Source: Gammaproteobacteria bacterium (GTDB taxonomy: Bacteria > Pseudomonadota > Gammaproteobacteria > Eutrophobiales > Eutrophobiaceae). Taken from it: a stretch of 64,000 bases of DNA. The notes under the pieces were generated by a model. The model made no database searches and was not told where the DNA came from. It was given only the letters and a program-made list of their open reading frames with translations. The stretch spans positions 160,001 through 224,000 of the forward strand of contig CBDCTH010000004.1 in assembly GCA_965222155.1 (NCBI GenBank). The letters are read 5' to 3'. Positions 33,973 to 44,703 of this stretch are shown piece by piece (the first letter of the stretch is position 1; each line of letters opens with the position of its first letter). The translations under genes and the position numbers were made by a program.

Positions 33973-34755
33973 CTATCTGGTTTCCCGGGCAGGGCCGTAG
34001 GTTTTCAGATATTTGCGCGACAGTTCTTCCGCTTCGGTGACCCCGGCTTCAGTCATACCTTGTCTTAACTTTTCCATTGCCTCGGTTGCTGCATTGAACC
34101 CCAGCGCGGCGGCAACGCTGAACCAAGCATAGGCCTGCATCTCGTCCCTGGGTAGCCCGTGGCCTCCAGCATACATATGACCAAGATTATGCTGCGCCCC
34201 GGCGTGGCCACGCTCAGCAGCCAGGCGGTACCAGAGGACGGCCCTGGCATCGTCTCTGGGCACGCCTTCGCCGCGGGCGTACATGTATCCCAGGTAATAC
34301 TGTGCGACGGCATGCCCCTGTTCGGCGGCTGAACGGAACCAGCGTGCGGCCTCGGCATGATCCTCAGGCATCTCCTTTCCCTGAGCGTACATATTGCCAA
34401 GATGGTATTGTGCGGCGGCATGCCCCTGCACGGCAGCTTCGCGCAACCAGTGGACGGCGTTGTCAGTATCTTTGTCTACCCCGTCGCCCCGTGCATATTT
34501 GTGTCCCAGGTAGTATTGCGCAGACGCATGTCCCTGTTGCGCAGCCGAGAGGAACCAGCGTGCGGCCTCGGCGTCATCTTCGGGGACGCCTTGGCCGTGG
34601 TCGTACCTGTTGCCGAGAAGAAACTGGGCCCCGGCGTCGCCCCGTTCGCCGGCCTTTATTAATTCTTCCAGTTCGCCTGCGAGGAGCACCGGGCAGGCAA
34701 ACAGAATCAAGCCCGCCAGCAGAGATCTGAACATGAGAAATTTATAGTCAGGCAT
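33973..34755 (-). CDS. Secreted Sel1-repeat protein
   Basis: About five AQ.LG..Y..G.G....D...A..W...AA.QG repeats. Confidence 0.92.
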   Translation of the reverse strand: MPDYKFLMFRSLLAGLILFACPVLLAGELEELIKAGERGDAGAQFLLGNRYDHGQGVPEDDAEAARWFLSAAQQGHASAQYYLGHKYARGDGVDKDTDNAVHWLREAAVQGHAAAQYHLGNMYAQGKEMPEDHAEAARWFRSAAEQGHAVAQYYLGYMYARGEGVPRDDARAVLWYRLAAERGHAGAQHNLGHMYAGGHGLPRDEMQAYAWFSVAAALGFNAATEAMEKLRQGMTEAGVTEAEELSRKYLKTYGPARETR

Positions 34756-34806
34756 ACCTTTCCCGCTTCTGCAACCGATTGTTCAGGTGTTTGCCCGACA
34801 TATTAA

Positions 34807-34929
34807 TCAGTGGCCGGTTGCCCGCTCCATAGCGCGCAGTACTTTTTCCCGGCTGAATTCCCGCCAGCGGGCGACGACATGTTGATCGGGCCGTATCAGG
34901 TAATAAGTGCCCGGCAGGGCGTTGTAGTG
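34807..34929 (-). pseudogene. Orphan 3' 123 bp of the FAD monooxygenase gene
   Basis: Encodes HYNALPGTYYLIRPDQHVVARWREFSREKVLRAMERATGH*; diverged copy of 36480-36602. Confidence 0.9.
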
Positions 34930-35005
34930 TCCAGCGTAATTTTGACTGGGTAAACGCGAAAAGGCCATCTCCTTTGAAGTGTCTAACGGATCGGAGTCAA
35001 TTGAT

Positions 35006-35413
35006 TTATTTGGTCAGTCTGTCAGCTACAATTTGTGCGGTTCGAATTAACGCATCGAGTAATCCGATATCGATGTCAAGCTCGCCCTCGTATTCAGCAA
35101 GATTGCGTTTTCTGTGAGCCTGTTCAAGGATGCGCCATTGCTCGTTTGCGAGCTCCAAAGTGTGCTTGAGACACTGGAACACAATGTATCGACTATCAGA
35201 TCGATATCCGGCTTTACGAAGAGCAGCGAGCGATAGCGCATGCGCCGCGTTGTATGCCAGGTCGAACCGCGACTCGATGTTGAGTGATCCGTCTTTTGCG
35301 TCGTTGAGTCGAGCCAGACCGGAACGAATCAGTCCGCCCACTTCCCGCTCAGAAGACGGCTCGATTTTAAGGCTACCCACCTTGACCAGATTGTTTAACT
35401 GCTCACGCGGCAC
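35006..35413 (-). CDS. HEPN-like toxin
   Basis: RFDLAYNAAH..GYRS..RKRNLAEY; coupled to the MNT gene. Confidence 0.75.
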   Translation of the reverse strand: MPREQLNNLVKVGSLKIEPSSEREVGGLIRSGLARLNDAKDGSLNIESRFDLAYNAAHALSLAALRKAGYRSDSRYIVFQCLKHTLELANEQWRILEQAHRKRNLAEYEGELDIDIGLLDALIRTAQIVADRLTK

Positions 35414-36044
35414 CCAGGTCCCCCCAGAGCACGGTAGTCGGCCCTTCCAGCACACGTTTCAGAAAGGAGTTGCCGTTGCTGCGCCGCTTGCTGAACTCCA
35501 TTACTGTGTAGAGTGTGGGGTTGATTTGCCTGCCCACCTTTATTTCGGCGGTAGAAAGATGCGAATAAAGATCTTCCAGGGTCAGATGATCTGATACAAC
35601 GAGCAGATCTATGTCACTCCCGGCTGTATCCGACTGCTTTGCCACCGAACCGTAAATCAGGGCGATGAATATTTGCGCTGCCAGTGGTTCGAGCGTTGCC
35701 CGCACCTGCTCCTGAACACCAACGGTCTTACTGATGATCGAACACAACTCATTGTATATCGGTGCATATGAATTAGCCCGGCAGTGCTTTTGATTCCCAT
35801 GCCGCTCTGTCACGACCAGTCCACTGCGCTCAAGACGCGTCAGTTCACGCTGAACGGCGCCTCGCCCAACATTGGCGAGTTCAATTAATTCAGTGACGAA
35901 GAAACTCCTTCCGGGTTGGCCAAACAACAACCCGAGTAAACGTTTTTGTGTTGTAGTAAACAACGCATCCGACGGCGAAGCAGTGCTCGGCTTACCGGCT
36001 TCTGCAGATGTCAAGCGTTGGCGGATTGAGAGGTCTGTACCCAT
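35403..36044 (-). CDS. HTH plus minimal nucleotidyltransferase (MNT) antitoxin
   Basis: N-terminal wHTH; YGSVAK...SDIDLLVV. Confidence 0.85.
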   Translation of the reverse strand: MGTDLSIRQRLTSAEAGKPSTASPSDALFTTTQKRLLGLLFGQPGRSFFVTELIELANVGRGAVQRELTRLERSGLVVTERHGNQKHCRANSYAPIYNELCSIISKTVGVQEQVRATLEPLAAQIFIALIYGSVAKQSDTAGSDIDLLVVSDHLTLEDLYSHLSTAEIKVGRQINPTLYTVMEFSKRRSNGNSFLKRVLEGPTTVLWGDLGAA

Positions 36045-36479
36045 AAAGAGTACTTTAATCCCCTTTTTGGGTATAGTCAAGTATTGATGTCAGACAGGAT
36101 AGGGTCGTCGGCAGGATAGGGTCGGACCTGCCTGACTATTTGTTTCAGCTCAGTTTATGTTCCATCTATGCCCATTATTTCTCCTTAGAACCCCCTTTTT
36201 GCTATCAAAATCGAGGTTGTAACATCCACATGCCTGTTTGACGGCATTACTCTCCTGATTTACTGTGGCCTGCTTGTGCAACGTCTGATACTTCCTCCTT
36301 AAAATCCTGTTTTGGCGTACGAAAACCGCAGTTTAAGCCCAGGATAGCACGTCTTTTGTGACAGTTTCCCTTTATTATCAGTAGGTTCTGTCAGGCTGGA
36401 CTGGTCTGACCCTATACTGGGCTCCCATTCCGGCAACGGTGTGGACTCTACTGTCCGGGCGTTGTGCCTGGCGCATTTT

Positions 36480-38159
36480 TCAATGGCCGGTTGCCCGCTC
36501 CATTGCGCGTAATACCTTTTCCGGGTTGAATTCCCGCCAGCGGGCGGCCACGTGTTGATCGGGTCGTACCAGGTAATAAGTACCCGGCAGGGCGTCGTAG
36601 TGCCGGTGCAGCAGACCGTTGCTGTCGGCGATATAGCCGTTACCGCTGTTTGTCCGGCTGACGATAATGGTTTCAACCGGTACCCGGTCTGAACCGACGC
36701 TGTTTACTTCTGCCGGTGCGTCGCCGTTGTCACTGAAATAAATACCAACGAAACGGTCGCCCAGTTGATTCAGGAACCAGGCGTCAGCGCCGTTAATAGA
36801 AACAGGGGCGTCGAGACAGGGCGCGCCGGGGCGTTGTCTGTTGCTGAACTCATCCTCATCCGGTGTGTTCAAGGGAGAACCGTCCAGCACGCTGGGGGTG
36901 GACAAACGGCCCGGGTTCACGAACTTGCGGGCGAACTCAAAATCCTTGGCAAGTTCCAGGGCGGCGTTGCGGAAGGCGAGACTGACTTCGCTTTTCGGGG
37001 TCATGAAGTCCGTGCTTCGGGATGAATTCATCACGTTTTCCTGCGCAGCGAGTATGCGTTCGTCATCGTAACTGTTGATCAGACCGGGCGGGGCGGCGCC
37101 CGTTAACACCAGGTGGAGTTTCCAGACAAGATTATCGGCGTCCTGCAACCCGCCGTTGGCCCCCCGCGCCCCGAAAGGCGAGACGAGATGGGCCGAGTCG
37201 CCGGCGAAAATGACGCGGTCATGGACGAATTTTTCCATACGGCAGCATTTGAACGTGTACAGGCTCACCCATTCGTATTCGAATTCCAGGTCCGTACCGA
37301 GGAAGGCCTTTATCCTGGCGTCGATATTCTCTTCCTTCATCACCTCGTCACGGTCGATATCCCAGCCCATCTGAAAATCGATGCGCCATACGTCATCGGC
37401 CTGCTTGTGGATCAGCGATGTCTGTCCGGGATTGAACGGCGGGTCGAACCAGAAGCGCCGGATGGCCGGGAAGTCCGCCTTCATGCGCACGTCTGCGATA
37501 AGAAAGTTGTCTTCAAACACGCGGCCTATGAAGTCCAGCCCCAAGGCGTCTCGAATCGGGCTGCGATGCCCGTCCGCGGCAACCAGGTAATCACAACTGA
37601 GCCGATATTCCCCGGCGGGAGTCCTGACCGTCACGGTGACCTTGTCGGTGCCGTTGGCAACACCGATCACCTCGTTTTGCCAGCGAATTTCAGTCTCCGG
37701 GTATTGCGGAAACAAGTCGACCAGGTATTCTTCGGCATAGAACTGTTGCAGGTTAATAAACGCCGGAAACTTCTGCTCTTTGTCCGGCAGCAAATCAAAC
37801 TTGTAGATCGGCTCGGTTTCCTGACCGAAATAGACCCAGCCCTGGTTCCATACCACGCCTTTTTCCATCATGCGTTTACTGGTGCCGATACGATCGAGGA
37901 TTTCCAGTGTGCGTTTCGCCCAGCAGATTGCCCTGGAGCCATCGCTGACGGTGTTGTATTTTTCCAGCACGACTGATTGGATACCGTGACGGGCAAGGTC
38001 TATGGCGCTGGCCAGGCCGATTGGCCCGCCGCCGGCGATGATAACCGGGAAATGGGGAATTTCACCAGAGTCGATCTCAGCGGGCCTGATAAATTCATAA
38101 ACGCACCGCGCCTGGCGACTGGTCTGTTTGGCGCTGCCTATATCGCCGTATTTTGCCAT
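36480..38159 (-). CDS. FAD-dependent aromatic monooxygenase (MhpA/PheA-like family)
   Basis: GGGPIG, ADG, GDSAH..PFGARGAN and RPDQHV motifs. Confidence 0.9.
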   Translation of the reverse strand: MAKYGDIGSAKQTSRQARCVYEFIRPAEIDSGEIPHFPVIIAGGGPIGLASAIDLARHGIQSVVLEKYNTVSDGSRAICWAKRTLEILDRIGTSKRMMEKGVVWNQGWVYFGQETEPIYKFDLLPDKEQKFPAFINLQQFYAEEYLVDLFPQYPETEIRWQNEVIGVANGTDKVTVTVRTPAGEYRLSCDYLVAADGHRSPIRDALGLDFIGRVFEDNFLIADVRMKADFPAIRRFWFDPPFNPGQTSLIHKQADDVWRIDFQMGWDIDRDEVMKEENIDARIKAFLGTDLEFEYEWVSLYTFKCCRMEKFVHDRVIFAGDSAHLVSPFGARGANGGLQDADNLVWKLHLVLTGAAPPGLINSYDDERILAAQENVMNSSRSTDFMTPKSEVSLAFRNAALELAKDFEFARKFVNPGRLSTPSVLDGSPLNTPDEDEFSNRQRPGAPCLDAPVSINGADAWFLNQLGDRFVGIYFSDNGDAPAEVNSVGSDRVPVETIIVSRTNSGNGYIADSNGLLHRHYDALPGTYYLVRPDQHVAARWREFNPEKVLRAMERATGH

Positions 38160-38364
38160 AATTCATTATATCGTATTTAGCCCATCTCAAAGTCCGGACT
38201 TATCTTTACATCACACCCCCGACATCGATTTCCGCTACAGCCATGTTTTGCTTCCGCTACATCCAAGTCCGGCCGCCTGGATAGCCTCATACTGCAACAA
38301 CAAAGACAGGTAGTCATTTTATCCATACAGGGATGCCGATACATGATATTCGGAGGGTAGATTT

Positions 38365-40662
38365 ATGAAGCGCCTATTTAGTTCAATGGCTTTCAGTGTT
38401 GTAGTCACCGGACTGTTTTTCCCCATGGTGAGTCACGCGCAAATTGAAGAAATCGTCGTGACCGCGCAAAAGCGGGAAGAAAACCTGCAGGATACGCCCA
38501 TCGCCATCACCGCGTTTACAGAAGAAAGCCTGGAAGGACGTATGATCAATGACATATCAAAACTGGCCGACTTCACCCCTAACGTCATCTTCGATACCAC
38601 TACGCCAATCAGCGGTTTATCCAACGGCGCCGCGGTGTTTATCAGGGGAGTGGGGCAACTGGATTTTGGTTTAACGACAGACCCCGGCGTCGGCACTTAC
38701 ATTGACGGCGTTTATTCTTCCCGTGCAGTGGGTGGTGTGCTGGACGTAGTAGACATCGAGCGCATAGAAATCCTGCGCGGCTCGCAAGGCACCTTGTTTG
38801 GCCGCAATACCATAGGCGGAGCAATTAACATTACCACCAAACGTCCGGCTGAGGCCTTTGGCGGCATGGTCGAAGCCACGTTCGGTGAATTTGAACGAAT
38901 GGATTTTAAAGGTTCGGTCGATATTCCCATTGCAGAGAAGTTCCTTACCAAATTTGCGTTTTCCAGCAAGAACCGGAACGGGTTTGTTGATCGCATAACA
39001 GTGGGTGACAGGCTGGGAGATGAGGATCGGCAGTCGGCGCGGGGTTCATTCCTGTTGCAGGCGACGGATGATATCGAGTTGTATGCAACAGTGGATTACA
39101 CCAGTATTGACGAACAGAGCGCCGGTTCGGTCATGGTCGGTATTACCGAGTTCCCCGGCGCTCCTCCTCTGCTGGCGCCCAGCAGTATCTGGGCCTACAA
39201 CCAGGTTTTTGTGCCGGCGAATCCGGGCGCGGTGCCTTACACCGCGCAAGAATTTTTACTTGACGGTAATGACCGTACCCTGGCCACCGGGCCGACCGGC
39301 ACCGACCTGGAAAGTGTTGGCGCCACGCTGACCTTCACCTGGTCTCTCCCCTGGTTTGAGTTCAAGTCGATCAGCTCTTATCGGGATACCGAGGGTGAGT
39401 TTTACCGGGACCCGGATAATTCCTCCATCCAGATAACCGAGACTAGCAACCCCAATTACAATCATGAGCAATTCAGCCAGGAGTTGCAAATTACCGGCGC
39501 GTTGCTCAATGAACGTCTGCAGTATGTATTGGGCGCGTATTACTTTGAGGAAGACGGGACGGATGACGTGTTCGTACCCATTTACGGGGCGCTTCCCACC
39601 CCGGCAGGACTTATAGCACTGCCCTTGTTTATCAACAATTTTGTCCTGGTGGATAACAGCAGCAAGGCGGTGTTCGGCCAGGGCACCTTTGACCTCACCG
39701 AGCAGATTGCCGTTACCTTTGGGTTGCGTTATACGGAAGATGAAAAGGGGTTTGGTTATCGCCAGTACATATCCCCGGATCCCGCCGGGAATATTGCCGT
39801 GCTGGCATTGCTGGGAGCGCCGGTTACCGTGCCGGGGCCGGCCGCCGATATCGTTTTTTGGGATGAGGTATCCGACGAGTTCACCGAACTGAATTTCCGG
39901 GCCGGAATCGAGTACCAGTTCAATGATGACACCCTGTTTTACTTTACCTATGCTGACGGCTACAAGAGCGGCGGGTTCAATTTCCGCTACGTGGTGCCCC
40001 GCGCAGACCCGCTGGCGTTTGCCCCGGAAACCCTGGAGTCTTATGAGGTAGGGGTGAAATGGCAGGGTCTGGACGATCGCCTGCGTATCAACGCTGCGGG
40101 CTTTGTCAGTGAATACGGCGACGTACAGATCCAGTTGTTTGAGACCGGCGGCGGGCCGTTGACCCAGAATGCCGGGGTTGCCGATATAATCGGCGTGGAA
40201 GTGGAGGTGACCGCAGTGCCCCATGAACGCCTGCTGCTCAATGCCGGTTTCGGTTACATCGATGCGGAATATGATGAACTCAACTTGCCGACCACCAACG
40301 TGGCCCAGGCCATCAATCTTGATACAAAATTACCCAACACGCCGGAAACGACGGTCAATATCTCGGCGGAGTATACCCACCCGCTGGCGTGGGGTTCCCT
40401 GATTGTCCGGGGTGATTACCACTACACCGACGACCTGTACAATGATGCGCAGAATTCTCTTTTTCTCTACCAGGACGGGTATCATACGTTTAACACTTCG
40501 TTGACTTTTTCCACCGGCAACTGGGATTTCAGCGTATTCGGGACCAACCTGACGGATAAACGGTTTATCACCAGCGGTGATTCCAACTTCGGTTTAGGGT
40601 TTCACGAAGCCAACTATAACCGGCCCCGGGAGTTCGGTGGGCTGATTAGATATCGGTTTTAA
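38365..40662 (+). CDS. TonB-dependent receptor
   Basis: Signal peptide; IEEIVVTAQKRE and IERIEILRG; C-terminal YRF. Confidence 0.95.
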   Translation: MKRLFSSMAFSVVVTGLFFPMVSHAQIEEIVVTAQKREENLQDTPIAITAFTEESLEGRMINDISKLADFTPNVIFDTTTPISGLSNGAAVFIRGVGQLDFGLTTDPGVGTYIDGVYSSRAVGGVLDVVDIERIEILRGSQGTLFGRNTIGGAINITTKRPAEAFGGMVEATFGEFERMDFKGSVDIPIAEKFLTKFAFSSKNRNGFVDRITVGDRLGDEDRQSARGSFLLQATDDIELYATVDYTSIDEQSAGSVMVGITEFPGAPPLLAPSSIWAYNQVFVPANPGAVPYTAQEFLLDGNDRTLATGPTGTDLESVGATLTFTWSLPWFEFKSISSYRDTEGEFYRDPDNSSIQITETSNPNYNHEQFSQELQITGALLNERLQYVLGAYYFEEDGTDDVFVPIYGALPTPAGLIALPLFINNFVLVDNSSKAVFGQGTFDLTEQIAVTFGLRYTEDEKGFGYRQYISPDPAGNIAVLALLGAPVTVPGPAADIVFWDEVSDEFTELNFRAGIEYQFNDDTLFYFTYADGYKSGGFNFRYVVPRADPLAFAPETLESYEVGVKWQGLDDRLRINAAGFVSEYGDVQIQLFETGGGPLTQNAGVADIIGVEVEVTAVPHERLLLNAGFGYIDAEYDELNLPTTNVAQAINLDTKLPNTPETTVNISAEYTHPLAWGSLIVRGDYHYTDDLYNDAQNSLFLYQDGYHTFNTSLTFSTGNWDFSVFGTNLTDKRFITSGDSNFGLGFHEANYNRPREFGGLIRYRF

Positions 40663-40682
40663 ACTAATTGGGGAGTTGTGCG

Positions 40683-41705
40683 ATGTTGAATCAATACAAG
40701 GTAGCAGTGGTCCAGGCGGCGCCGGTGTTTCTCGACCTGGATGCCACGGTTGAGAAAGGGATTGCCTTAATAAAAGAAGCAGCGGGGAACGGCGCCAGGC
40801 TGATCGGGTTTCCGGAAACCTGGATACCGGGTTATCCCTGGTGGATCTGGTTGTATTGTCCGATCGACGGCCTGCGCTTTGTGCAGCAGTACCACGAAAA
40901 CAGTTTGAGCAAGGACAGCCCGCAGTTGCAACAACTCTGTGACGCTGCCCGGGAACATGACATCGTTGTGGTGATGGGCGCCAGTGAACGGGATGGCGGT
41001 TCGCGCTACATCTCGCAATTTTTTATCGATGCAGACGGTGCCTTGCTGGACATCAGACGCAAACTGAAACCGACCCACGTGGAACGCACGGTGTTCGGTG
41101 ACGGCCACGGCAATAACCTGTGCGTCTATGATACGGAACTCGGGCGTATCGGCGGCTTATGCTGCTGGGAGCATCTGCAGCCCCTGAGCAAATACGCGCT
41201 GTATGCCCAGAATGAGCAAATTCACGTGGGCGCCTGGCCCAGCTTCAGCCTGTACCGGAACAAGGCCTACAGTCTCGGTCCGGAACTGAATATGGCGGTA
41301 TCGTCGGTCTATGCGGCCGAGGGGCAGTGTTATTTTCTTGCTCCCTGCGGGGTCATCTCGGAAGACATGGTTGAATTGATGGCCGATACACCTGTGAAAC
41401 AGGAATTACTGCCGGCCGGTGGCGGCCATGCCATGATCTTCGGGCCGGACGGCGCCGCGTTATGCGATTACCTGGAGGAAGACGCGCAGGGGCTGTTATA
41501 CGCAGATGTGGATTTCGGTGCAATCACGATAGCGAAATCATTTGCCGACCCGGCCGGCCACTACTCTCGTCCCGACATTACCCGGTTATTATTGAATACC
41601 GCCCCCGTCACTCCGGTACAGGTCATGAATTCGACAGAAGATAGCATTGAAGACGATGAAAGCGATACGGCCCATGATGCTCAGCCGTTAACCATAGTCA
41701 AGTAG
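40683..41705 (+). CDS. Nitrilase
   Basis: FPETWIPGYP, RRKLKPTHVER and CCWEH (E-K-C triad); DPAGHYSRPD. Confidence 0.93.
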   Translation: MLNQYKVAVVQAAPVFLDLDATVEKGIALIKEAAGNGARLIGFPETWIPGYPWWIWLYCPIDGLRFVQQYHENSLSKDSPQLQQLCDAAREHDIVVVMGASERDGGSRYISQFFIDADGALLDIRRKLKPTHVERTVFGDGHGNNLCVYDTELGRIGGLCCWEHLQPLSKYALYAQNEQIHVGAWPSFSLYRNKAYSLGPELNMAVSSVYAAEGQCYFLAPCGVISEDMVELMADTPVKQELLPAGGGHAMIFGPDGAALCDYLEEDAQGLLYADVDFGAITIAKSFADPAGHYSRPDITRLLLNTAPVTPVQVMNSTEDSIEDDESDTAHDAQPLTIVK

Positions 41706-41837
41706 CTACGCATAGTGCGGATCGTTGAACTCGATCAAGCTGGTTGTGTCAAAACAGAGTAATGAGGTGATAATTGAGAGTTAACCCATCAGTTAGTTGA
41801 TGGAGTAAACTGATACTATATATCCCGGTACTTTATA

Positions 41838-42377
41838 ATGCCTGACTTCCTGCTTCCGAAAGGGAATATCATTTCGACAGAGGATGTTGACGAGAAAGAA
41901 CAGCTTGAATACTGGATAGATATGATCTGCGATGAGTTCGTGCAACTGGATTGCATCACCGGGCAGCGCAAGGACTTCAAGGGAAAACTCCGTGGCACTG
42001 AGTTCGACAAGATACGGGTCTCGGAAGTCAGTGCCGACCCGCAGGATGTCATCCGTTCCAGGAAACAGATCGAGATCAATATCCGCCACCCGCAACTCAG
42101 TCCGGCTTTGATAGCCAGACACCACCATATCAGTGAACGGTACCAGCGCATGTTATTTGCCTCGACCGGCACCACGGTTTCCCGGTATATCCTGGAACAA
42201 CGTCTGGCGTTATGCCGTGAGGCCCTGGAGAACAAGTCACTCCGTGATTACAGTATCACGCAGATCGCCTTCAGCTACGGCTTCAATGATGCCGCGCATT
42301 TCAGCCGCAAGTTCAAGGAGCGGTACGGCGCGCCCCCGAAAGAATATCGAGACGATATAGTCAGGCTATCCCCTTAG
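41838..42377 (+). pseudogene. AraC-family (FeaR/NitR-like) regulator with a probable in-frame internal deletion
   Basis: Partial sensor domain joined directly to the C-terminal HTH (GFNDAAHFSRKFK); only 179 aa. Confidence 0.7.
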
Positions 42378-42492
42378 ATGTGTTCACTGCCAACTTCTTT
42401 TTCAGATTGTCCCCCTTATACTCAACGAGAACACCCGTTTAGCTAAATATGCTAGTATACGTATAATTGTATAACTGAAAAGGATAGCCAAA

Positions 42493-42849
42493 ATGAAACG
42501 TGTCATATGGATAGGTTCATCACGTAAAGACCTGAAAGGTTTTCCGATTCCTGTACGGCGTGATATAGGTCAAGCTCTTTATACAGCGTAGCAGGGAGAG
42601 ACAGACCCGACAGCCAAATCGTTTAAGGGGTTCAGCGGTGCAAGTGTGATGGAGATTGTCGAGCGTTATAATACGAATACATATCGGGCTGTTTATACAA
42701 CAAAATTTGCAAGGACACTTTATATACTGCACGCTTTTCAAAAGAAATCAAAACAGGGTATTAAAACGACGAAACAGGATATCACTCTGATTAAGCAACG
42801 ATTGGCGCTGGCTCAGAAACATGCCATAGTAAAAGTAGGATTAAATTGA
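42493..42849 (+). pseudogene. RelE/HigB (Gp49-like) toxin with a premature stop
   Basis: VIWIGSSRKDL..YRAVY..LHAFQKKS; in-frame TAG at 42589-42591. Confidence 0.85.
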
Positions 42850-42850
42850 T

Positions 42851-43189
42851 ATGAACAAGAAAGACAATGGTTCCGTAGAGGAAAGTAGTGGTAATATCTT
42901 TGCCGATACTGGCTTGCAACAACCTGATCAGGAACTGCTTAAGGCCAAGTTGACGCTCCAAATCTATCGTCTCATCAAAAGTCGCGATCTGACACAGATG
43001 CAAGCCGGTGAAATTCTGGGCGTCAAACAGCCTCATGTGTCGGCGCTGATGCGCAACCGTTCAGGGAATTTTTCTGTTGGACGGTTGATGGATTTTCTTA
43101 CTATCCTAGGTCAGGACGTTGAAATTAATGTCAAGCCGGCAGCGAAACGCAAGAAGCATGGTGAAGTATTAGTCCATGTTCAGGGGTGA
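42851..43189 (+). CDS. XRE/HTH_37 antitoxin
   Basis: SSGNIFAD, LTQ..AGEILGVKQPHVS and FSVGRLM motifs. Confidence 0.88.
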   Translation: MNKKDNGSVEESSGNIFADTGLQQPDQELLKAKLTLQIYRLIKSRDLTQMQAGEILGVKQPHVSALMRNRSGNFSVGRLMDFLTILGQDVEINVKPAAKRKKHGEVLVHVQG

Positions 43190-43236
43190 GGACGGTTCGT
43201 GGATTTTCTTACTATCCTGAATCAGGACGTTGTGAG

Positions 43237-44682
<1,446 letters not shown>

Positions 44683-44703
44683 ATCCTCACTACTCTTGCC
44701 GTG

